This document shows, piece after piece, positions 1 through 10,100 of a DNA stretch of 64,000 nt. The stretch spans positions 1 to 64,000 of the forward strand of contig KZ538335.1 in the NCBI GenBank assembly GCA_000934665.2. Reading direction: 5' to 3'. Under the pieces are notes generated by a model, which was not told the origin of the DNA, ran no database searches, and worked only from the letters and a program-made list of their open reading frames with translations. The translations under genes and the position numbers were made by a program. The DNA is from Catajapyx aquilonaris. Its lineage: Eukaryota. Within the stretch, counting starts at the first letter, position 1, and every line of letters begins with the position of its first letter.

Positions 1-305
1 AATGGACGGGGGCCAATGGGGAGGTGGCGGCAATAATACGGGGGCGGACCAATCGGAGGGCTCGGCGGCCGTCCGCAAGCATTTTAATATTATAGATGTG
101 TTACAGAAAATGTTGTTGCAATCACTGAAACATCCATATTTCTCAGTACAGTAATGTTCTGATTTACTGGGAAATGTTTAGAAGTGATATACTGGTTGGT
201 TTTATTGCCATTTTTAATGCTCTTGGATTTTACTGTTATCTAGCATGTGACTTAACAAACAAAATAATTGCTGAGTAAATATGTGTAACAAATTAATTTC
301 CACAG

Positions 306-1511
306 AAATCCGTTGATGTCATTGTTCAAAGAAATAAGCAACAATGTGAAAGGTATGACAAACAATAATTATGATAGCAATTGTAATTTAATTTGATTAT
401 TGCTGTACAATTTGATTTCCAGTGTTTGCGCTCTACTTCATTCCTGCACTTCTCTACTGCCTGTATAACAACCTCGCATTTGTCAATCTCGCCGCCTTCG
501 ACCCTACCACGTACTATCTTCTGCTGCAATTCCGAGTTGTTATTACTGGTGTTGTGTTTCAGGTACGTTCAAGTGCCATTATTTCCTTCAAGGTCACATT
601 GTAAGCAGTATTTTGTACTGCACTGCAGGTTGTGTTTAAAAAGAAGTTGAGCCCCAAGCAATGGATGTCGCTTGTCCTTCTGACTGTGGGATGCATGGTG
701 AAGGAACTGCACACCACGGAAAAGCCAAGCAAAAGCGGAGAAAATGAAACCACATCCGGTGAAGGGTTTCACCTCAGCTTCAACGTCATCCTCATCATCT
801 TCCAGGTTAGTTTTACTTGCAGTCGAGTTGTAGTAATGGTAACCTACTGTTGTAACCAACCACAAAGTTTTGCTGCCATCTTGTAGGCTGCTTATGATTA
901 GCATATTGTGTTAAATTTTCCAGGCGCTCCTGTCCTCCTCAGCCGGCGTGTACAATGAGTACCTCTTAAAAGGGGAGGGGAGTGGTGTGGGAGTGTTGGT
1001 GCAAAATGTGTGCATGTACCTGGACTCAATCGCATGCAACCTGGGCCTCCTGTTGGTCAGCGGATCGTCACTTCAGCCTCTGTACTGGGACTCTCTGGAG
1101 CATATCTTCCGCCAGCCGGTGGTGGTGGCAATTGTCATCAACAATGCTGCTGTTGGACTAGTCACAAGCTGGTTTCTACGCTCCCTCAATTCCATCCTAA
1201 AGGTATGTCAAGTCATTGCTGAAAAATGGTGCTGAAATTCATTGCGTTTACTTTCATTGCAGACATTTGCAAGTGCTCTGGAACTTGTGTTCACTGCCCT
1301 CCTCAGCCTGGCACTCTTTGCCATCCCAATCGAGCTGCACACTGTGGCAGCCATCTTCATAGTGTCCCTTGCCACATTCATATACACCCAGAACCCAGTG
1401 GTCAACCCTCCCAAGGACGTCCAAAGTACGACAGACTCGCAGGACCTAATCACAGACTCGAACAGCAATGAGTCTGAGGAGAAAAGCAAGTCTCTCATAC
1501 AGAATGTGTGA
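306..1511 (+). CDS. senju: SLC35A-family nucleotide-sugar transporter, senju/UDP-galactose transporter-like; 5'-partial (earlier exons upstream of the window or not resolved)
   Basis: Phase-consistent GT-AG exons 306-352, 423-562, 629-805, 924-1202, 1263-1511 (TGA). Translation contains FALYFIPALLYCLYNNLAFVNLAAFDPTTYYLLLQFRVVITGVVFQ, KKLSPKQWMSLVLLTVGC, AGVYNEYLLK, QNVCMYLDSI and LNSILKTFASALEL, closely matching the Drosophila senju-type SLC35A pattern as recalled. Confidence 0.9.
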
Positions 1512-3043
1512 AGGTGTCTGGAACTAGGAAACGCTCTTCGTTGCTGTGCTGAAACCCATCGGTGGGTTACCGTATAATTTAATTTTTTCCGGACAATAAT
1601 TATTACTGCACGAAGGCACGGTGTAATTTCTAATGGTATTTAGTACCAATGTGAAGCTGAGTGGTGGAAAAGGTTACCAATCCTTATTCTAGTCGTGAAT
1701 TTTCCTAAAATACCAGCTGGTAAGTTTAAGAATTTGGTCGAGTCACAGCTAGAGTTAAGCCCATATCACTATTATGCGCATAATAAGTATAGTTCTGAGA
1801 GTTGCAGGCAACTCCAGCCGCAAAGGACGCCAGTAAATCGAGAGTGAATGTGTCACTCGCCTATCATGCTCAGTGAGCACCCCCAGTGAAGAATACTTAC
1901 GTTATGATTTTTTACAAGGTCAAATACCGGTCAGTAAGTAGTAGCAAGAGCTCTTGGTAGTAGTAGCTAGTCATGCTTCTAAACAGTGACAGTTGTTCAT
2001 TCTATGGCCCGCATGTCAAATTCAGAAACACTATTCCTCACTGGGATAAGGGAAGAGTAAGGCTATCAAGACTTTTGTGCTGTCCTGTCCGTTCCCGTGG
2101 GAATTAAAGCTAGACCCTGCCATTTCGTATTTCTGAATTTGTCGCCATGTGTTTAGAATTTGGTTACAAGCTGGTGTAGTGCAATGGTGATGACTTTGTT
2201 TTCTGTGGTGCTGTATGTTGCCATTTGAATGCTTGGTGCCAACTAGAGCGGGGAATAATGCAAGAGTATATTTTAGTTATTTTAAGGATGCTGGACCAGG
2301 TGTTACGCGATATTGCTTTTAATACAGGTTTACATCGCTTGGGCCTCAAATTTGAGCAGAATGGTAAGTCAACGTCTGTGTTAAGTTATAGTTGGACAAA
2401 TCATGGTATAATTTTGTTATTGTATAGAAATATGTTTGTTGATTTTATGCTTCAAGGTTTATGGAAAATGTTGATCTTTGAATGGCCTGGACAAGTGACA
2501 TCCATTTCTGACACGACCCTTATCTTACTTTTTGGTAATGTTTTTGGTAATTCAATAGCTATGTGACGAAGGATTTTAGTTGCTCTTGCTAATTCAATGG
2601 CGAGCAAGGGTGAATTTACATGAATATTACAGGCTGGCGGCACCAGGTCAGTGCCATTGTTTGTTGATTGCTAATTGTTGCTGGCAATGAATAGCACCCT
2701 TTAAATCTGGGATTATTGTATTGGACCTGGTGCGGCTGGCCCTAACCGACCAAGTGCATGCATCAGTATTACTCTGTCAAATGCATATATTTTTGCAGTA
2801 CGTGTCTTGGCTTCAACTAATATTTATGGCATCATAGTATGAACCTATTGGTACACTAGCGGCACTCTTACAATGAGTTTTTGTATGTTGGTCTTGTGTA
2901 GGGACCTGTGCTGCATATTAATTATTGCAGCCATGATTTCTGTATTGGAGAGTTATTGATCAAGTGCCTTAATTGTAGACAGAAATGCGTAGTTTGTAGG
3001 TATGAGCCAAAACTTGCAGAGCACTTGGGTGCAATTTTGACAT

Positions 3044-3049
3044 AATAAA
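3044..3049 (+). terminator. Candidate polyadenylation signal (AATAAA) for the SLC35A gene, implying a ~1.5-kb 3' UTR
   Basis: AATAAA followed by a T/GT-rich stretch (3061-3124), just before the 3' end of the convergent COX7A2L-like gene. Confidence 0.45.
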
Positions 3050-3328
3050 ATCACTGTTCGCTATTTTTGATTATTTTTATGCCTAGTTGTAGCTTTTAGT
3101 GGTCTTTTGGGTGTGTTTTTTTTTAAAGTGAGAAATACAATATTATTGAGAAGCTGCAGGTTCACCAATCTATTATTTTAATCTCAGGTGATTCAGAAGT
3201 TCTCTGACGGGCCAAGACGAACATGTTTTAAAGTTGAAATACCATTAGCGTCACATGACTGCCTCTAAGGAGTTTCAGATGCAGGTTCTCCAACTACCTC
3301 AAGATGACCGGACACTGGCTTGTCATAA

Positions 3329-3890
3329 TCACTGGGGCTTCTTGGGTACTGCCATGGTGTAATACGTGTGAAAACTACCAGCAATCCCAATTGCACACAA
3401 GGCAATCGTCAGCATGAAGAGACCACGGTCAACAGCACCAGCCTTCAGGTGGACAGGAACTCCATCATTTGCCTACAGTAAATTGTCAGGTTAGCATTAG
3501 AATGCGCATCTGCATCCGACTTACCTGGTACAGCTTCTGCTTCTTGGCAACGGCCTGAGACATAGGACCATACTTGCCGGGGGTGGAAGTCGTGGAAAAC
3601 CTGACGCTGCTTTCCACGCGGGCCATGGGAACTCGGGGACTCTCAAACACTACTCGTGCCACTTCAGCCGGGATGCCCGCATTCAACCCCTGCAATATGT
3701 GGCAGGTGATAAACAGTGCGTATGACCCCAACTGGCAACTTCCCAACAGGTAACAATAGAGTCACCTTGAATGTGCCGATGTGTGTGTATGAATAATTAC
3801 AAGCGTACTCACAGCCGGGTTGTATGCCTTCATCTGGGTGGTGCTGACCATCCTCCCAGCATAGTTGCTGAACTGAAAGAACCGACTCAT
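3329..3890 (-). CDS. COX7A2L: Cytochrome c oxidase subunit 7A-related protein (COX7A2L/COX7RP/SCAF1-like), 128 aa
   Basis: Exons 3890-3813, 3689-3525, 3472-3329, all phase 0 with GT-AG introns. Protein MSRFFQFSNYAGRMVSTTQMKAYNPA/GLNAGIPAEVARVVFESP...VAKKQKLYQ/ANDGVPVHLKAGAVDRGLFMLTIALCAIGIAGSFHTYYTMAVPKKPQ has the COX7a core (QKxxQxxDGxPVHLK followed by a TM helix) and the long N-terminus (AYxPxGL) typical of COX7A2L. Confidence 0.85.
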
Positions 3891-4182
3891 TTTGCTGGGA
3901 GAAACCAAAGCCTGGCAGAGTCTCGGAGGGCGGATTCGGAATAGAAAGACTATAAATAGCCAGGAAGAGTAGAGCTATAAATGTGCACCGTAGCGCCTCC
4001 TACAGCCCCAGAGCGCAGGTACATATGCTCCCTAGATCGATCTCTTATCGCGCAAACCATGGCGCAAACAGTACCGCCAACCCAGACCGTCGATTCTCGC
4101 AATTTTGTAACCCCCGCGGTCGGAAGAGTTGGCATTTCCGGAAGATGGTGTGGTCGTCTGAAGGTGCGAGTTTCAACCAGAC
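3891..4182. promoter_or_regulatory. Short bidirectional promoter region between the COX7A2L-like (-) and CCDC170-like (+) genes
   Basis: The head-to-head ATGs (3890 and 4183) are only ~290 bp apart. The interval is CpG-rich and has an ETS-like TTCCGGAAG overlapping AAGATGG at ~4136-4148. Confidence 0.6.
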
Positions 4183-7100
4183 ATGGACAAGGAGGAACAG
4201 AAGGAGGCAGACGAGGACCTCAGGATCCTACAAGTGCTCACAGAGCACGAGGTGAATATATTTTGGGCATGGGAACACCTGGTCAGCTGATGTACCGGCT
4301 CGCGGCATACATATTTGCAATTAACTAGAAAAAGTGCGATTGAAGCGAGTGTTTCTCCAGCCGCAGGCATAGAAATATGCGAGCGAAGCGAGGTTTTTTT
4401 TACACACTTTATATTAGCTTCACCGTCACGGGTGTGTGTGAGTCCGCGTGCAACGAGTTCGCAACTTCCACGCCATCTAGCGGGAGGTAGTCACGTTAGG
4501 GGTGAGTTCGCGACTTCCACACCATCTAGCTGTACGTTAGGGGGTGAGTTCGCGACTTCCTCACCATCTAGCTGTACGTTAGGGGGTGAGTTCGCGACTT
4601 CCACGCCATCTAGCGGGATGTAGTCACGTTAGGGGTGAGTTCGCGACTTCCACACCACCTAGCGGTACGTTAGGGGGTGAGTTCGCGACTTCCGCACCAT
4701 CTAGCGGGAAGTAGTCACGTTAGGGGGGGGGGAGTTCGCGACTTCCGCACCATCTAGCGGGAGGTAGTCACGTTAGGGGATGAGTTCGCGACTTATACAC
4801 CATCTAGCGGTACGTTAGGGGGTGAGTTCGCGACTTCCGCACTATCTAGCGGGAGATAGTAACGTGAATGGGTGAGTTCGCAACCTCCATGCCAGACGTC
4901 GGAGTGACAGGCTTTCAGAATCGAGTTCTCTACCTCATAAAGCGTGTTCTTAAAAAAGTTTTTAAATTGGAGAATTATATTTATAGTTCCTTATCATTCT
5001 CTAGGCGTGACTCCGGTGACTCATCACCGACGTGCATGTAGTACAAATTTCCTCCTGAGAGCGGCAGAAGTGTGCAGAGAGCGCGCCACCTGTGAGTTGC
5101 ATACGTACTACGACCAAATGTGGGAGCGGGTCGGGCAGTGTTGCCAAGTTTTGATATGAACCTGACTCTAGAAAATGTTCCGCATTAGCATACCCCGATA
5201 CCTTTCCCAAGTAGCACAGTGACATCCCATGGATGTCTAAGGGGCATATTGTCATGGAAACAAAAACCGCCAGTGCATTAGATCAATATACGAATCCTTT
5301 TGCATGTCTCCAAAAACAGCAGCACGGACGTGGCTAGAAATATTAGAATCCAATTGGCTAGACCTGGTTTTTAGCTCTTGAAGGACACACAATTGGGTGC
5401 TAATGTGGGACAACACTGCTGGGGAGCCAATAGGGTGTCGAGGTGGGTGAGATCAATGTGTGGGAGGTGAGGTCTCGAGCCGGTACAGATCACGACATTG
5501 TGTTGCTGCTGGTGGTACCAGTCGACTTGGAGGATCGATTGGCCCAATTCAACTGTTAAGTTATGTGTATGCAGGGAGATGACGATGCGACCACGTTGCA
5601 CAGCGAGTTGGCAGCGTTGCATTACAAAAAAGAGCGACTGGCTTGTGAGGTGGGTCAAAGGGTCAATAGGTCAAAATGTCTTTACTCATTATATTAAACA
5701 TTCCGTGCAGTTGGAGGATGTCAGACAGCAGGTGGTGCACAAAGACAATGCAATCCAGCGGTTGGAGAGAGACGCGGACCAACTACGTGAGAAGGCGGCT
5801 AGACAATCGGCGATTATTACCTCCCTGAAGAAGCGGCTGCAGGTAAGTGTCCATCGTCAGGTACTGACCGCAGAAGTGATCGTGGACAATCCGACAGGAC
5901 ACTGAAGAAAAGGAGCGGAGTTCATCCAACGCGCACACCCGAAGCGACATCGCGCTTCAGTCACTTCAGAGGGAACATCGGATGGTCACAGGGAAGCTGG
6001 CTGACACCGAGACTCAACTTCGGTCTGTCTTTATTTACATTTAATGGACATGTCGCTAGCAGTATGACGGAATTAATTGACTGTATTTATACAGGACGTC
6101 GAATGCTGAGAGAGAAGCGCATGAGCATTCCCTGAAGGAGTTGACCCAAAAGCTTCGTCATACCCTGGGGATAGACGAGGTGACATCCAGAGACGGAGAG
6201 GCTATCGTGCAGAGGCTCAACCAGATCTTGCAGGTTAGGCCACCTGGTTGCGCAGTTGCTTGCAGCTGACTTCTGTTGTTGGTTTCAGGACAACGCGAAG
6301 CTGAGGTCGCAGGCCAACTCGTTGTCCGAGAGGCTTCAGGTGTCAGATAGTGAGTGCAAGGGCAGCAGGGACGCCTTGGGACGTCTGACTGGAGAGAGAG
6401 AGGCCTTGCAGAGACAGGTCTCCAGCCAGATACTGGGGAACGATCGCATCAGGCAGGTCAGCACTTGGACTACTAAAAGTCACAGTCACTTAAATGAGTA
6501 AGGTAGCAGACCTGATGCTCAAATTAGCCTCCAAGAGAGGCGCTCCTGCTCCTCTTCCTCACGAGGCGGCACCTATCACGACAGCTGCGGATGCAACCTG
6601 CCCGTGTGTGTAGCCGCCTGAGGTTCAGGTCTGCTACCTTATTCCTTTCTGCGACTGTACAGGACACATACCAGTAAGCCATTTTGTACTCGTTGTATAC
6701 GGACACGGAGGTTATGTCCAAATATGTGTCATATCTCGTAAGACTTGTTCACTTTGGAGCGAATTTGAGAGTTGTGGGCGTGAGTCAGCGGGGTGCTGAC
6801 CCTCCTTGAGTGTGAGGTAGTGCGAGATGACCACCACCAGAAACCATATGCGTAGCATCATTCCAAGCACACTCCCCACAATGCAAGGGGTACCGCAGGC
6901 GACTATGAGGTTGGCAATCATCGAGTAGCCCAAGGCGACGCTTTGCGTGACCATCAGTGGGATGAGGAAGTAACGCCTGCCCTAGAAAGTTATAACAAAG
7001 TTTTGTATACTAATTCAGTGATTCATATGCTCGTACAATATTTTCACTCACTTTTATTGCTCCGAAGCAGAGGGACAGAGCAGAGACAATCACTAAAGCG

Positions 7101-10100
7101 CTCAGTGCTGCTGTTACGATGAACGCGACTGAAAATGAAGATATAGTAATCATATATACGTGAAAATATTCATATATAGATTTTGTTTTTCATCTGAATT
7201 TTATTTCTATTAGTGAAGAAAACACTGCAAATTTTTTAGACGGTTATGAACGATATGAAATACTTTATGGGAGGGGCCTAATCAGACGTCAGAACCGTCA
7301 GGGCCTGGCAATATGTCTCGTGAGACGTGTTCACTTTGGAGCGAATTTGAGACATTGCCTCGTGAGTCAACTGGGTGCTGACGGTCCTTGAGTTTGTCGT
7401 AGTGCTTGAGGACCACCAGTAGGAACCATATGCGGAGCATCATTCCGAGCCCAACCCCGACCATGCAGGGGGTACCGCAGGGGACTTGTCCAGCTAAGGC
7501 TAGGACGATGGAAATCGTCGAGAAGCCCAAGTCGACGACTTGCGTGACCATCAGCGGGATTAAGAAGTTACGCCTGCCCTAGAAAGTGAAAGCAATGTTT
7601 ATTAGGACCTATTCCATGACTTGTACTTGTACGTATATCTTCACTTACTTTTATTGTTCCGAAGCAAAGGGACAAAGCAGCTGCTATGAAGAGTGCGCTC
7701 ACTGCTACTGTTACGATGAACACGACTAAAAATGACGATAATATTAGTTTAACTTCATAATCAAAACGTGACAGATGGCGCCTCCAACATGCTTTGAATT
7801 CTGGAGGGCGGATAATGAGGAAATGTCTACTCGAATCACGCTCGAGTGATTTGCCAATCTTGTTCTGAAATTTTTCTGAGATGAATGACGTCACCTTATA
7901 TTTTCAGCATTTAGCTGAAGAGTAAAGCTGACGGAAGACGTCACTCTAAAAATGTGTATAGAACCTTCTCCTGACAGTGAGTGATCCTCCATCCTGGTCT
8001 TCTTGTACAGATCTTCCGACATCTTGTACAACCAACCTGCCAGCACAATTCTCATTATGCTTAACGGCTGTAAAGAAAGGCATTGACAATAATTGGACAA
8101 CATCCGTGTAACTATCAGCTAATATGAAGTGCAACGAAAAGGCCTCGAGTGACAATATGAACTTACGATATCGACTCCACCAACGACAATGCATCCAACT
8201 TCGGTTGGGCAGCAGCAGCACGGGGTGAATACGACTTTTGACATGATTCGGCAGGTACGTCTGGACCGTACGGCACTTTCTATCCGACTGAGAGACACTC
8301 GGTGTCTGTACTACCCTGTTATGTCAAGGGCATCGGAGCAGAAACATAAACATACCTACAGATCGGTAATAACTAGAGCTATTTCCGGAGATCGACAGGA
8401 GACGAAACTATTAATATTTACCGCAAATGACTCCTTATACACAGTGTACGGCTGGTGGACATCCAAAGTCCACAGTCCAACACTACTAATAAGGTTAATA
8501 GTTTACCCCAGAAGCCAGTAAAGAGGGAGAAAAAACAAACGTTTGTGATAATGGCGTTACTGTGAGGCGGTTTTCTTCAAACTTGTTTTGGGAACATACT
8601 TATATATAATTAGGTGAAACTATTCATGTAGAAGACCACGACCACTAGAAAGCAAATGCACAACACTATTCCATCCAATCACATACACCGTGTAGCAGGG
8701 GATGCTGAAATATGTCTTATGAGACGTGTTCACTTTGGATCGAATTTGAGACATTGAGTGAGTCAACGGGATGCTTGAGTTTGTCATAGTGCATGAGGAC
8801 CACCTGTAGGAACCATATTCGGAGCATTATTCCGAGCCCAGCCACCACCAGGCAGGTGGTAACGCAGCCTACTTGTAAGGCTAGGACTCCGGTGGTAATA
8901 ATCACCAAGCAGCCCATGTCGACGACTTGCATGACCATCAGTGGGATTAGGAAGTTTCGTCTGCCCTAGAAAGTGAAATAAATGTTTAGGAACTATTCCA
9001 TGACTCGTATATTCGTATATAGAGATCACTTACATTTTTTGTTCCGAAGCAAAGGGACAAAGCAGCGGCTGTGAAGAGTGCGCCCACTGCTACTGTTACG
9101 ATGAGACCGACTAAAAAATGACCATATAACCAAAACGTGAAACACGGGCGTCACTAGGATGACAAAACTTTAAAAATGTGTAGAACCTTTTCCTGACAGT
9201 GAGTGATCCTCCATCTTGGTGTTCGTGTACAGATCTTCCAACCACTTGTACAACTGAGCTGCCAGAATAATTCTCAAAATGCTCAACGCCTGCAAAGAAA
9301 GGCATAACAATAATTTGACAACATTCGTGTTGTCACATGGCAATCAGCTAATATGAAGTGCAACGAAAAGGCCTCAAGTGACATACGACATATGTTTCTT
9401 AAAAGCGGCAATGCACTTACGATGTCGACGGCACCAATAGCAAAGCATCCAACTTCTGTTGGGCAGCAGCAGCACGGGGTGAATACGATTTTTGACATGA
9501 TTCGGCAGGTACGTCTAGACTGTACGGCACTTTCTATCCGACTGCGTTGGTATATCAGACACTCGGTGCCATGCCGTTACTATAGCCTGTCGTGTCAAGG
9601 GCATCCGAGGAGAAATGTTAAACAGAGCTACGAACGGTTCGGTTAACTATATAGCTATTTCCGGAGGTCGGCAAAAGACCGAAGTATTAATAAACCAGTA
9701 AAGAGGGAACAAAAACCGTGAGTAAACTGCGAGACGGTTTTCTTCAAACTTGTTGCCTCATAACATATACATATGTGAAAATATTCATATAGATTTTGTC
9801 TTTCATCTGAATTTTATTTCAATTGGCAAGGAAAACACTGCAGATAGTTAAACGAACGGTATATGAAATCCTTATGGGGTTGGGCCTAGTTTTGTCTTTC
9901 CTTGAGTAAGTGGTAGTGTGAGAAGACCACAATCAGGAAGCAGATGCACAACACAATTCCCATCACATACACCGTGTAGCAGGGCATGCTGCAAGGGAGC
10001 TGCCCCATTGCCCCCATAATCAGGACCACCGTCGAGAACACCAGTAAGAAGACTTGCATGACCATCAGCGGGATCAGGAAGTGTCTTCTGCCCTAGAAAA

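Noticed and set aside
4455..4890. CRISPR-like or telomeric array (TTAGGGG words, repeat plus short variable segment)
   Set aside because: The variable segments are two recurring variants rather than unique spacers, there are no cas genes, the context is a eukaryotic intron, and TTAGG is not tandemly repeated.
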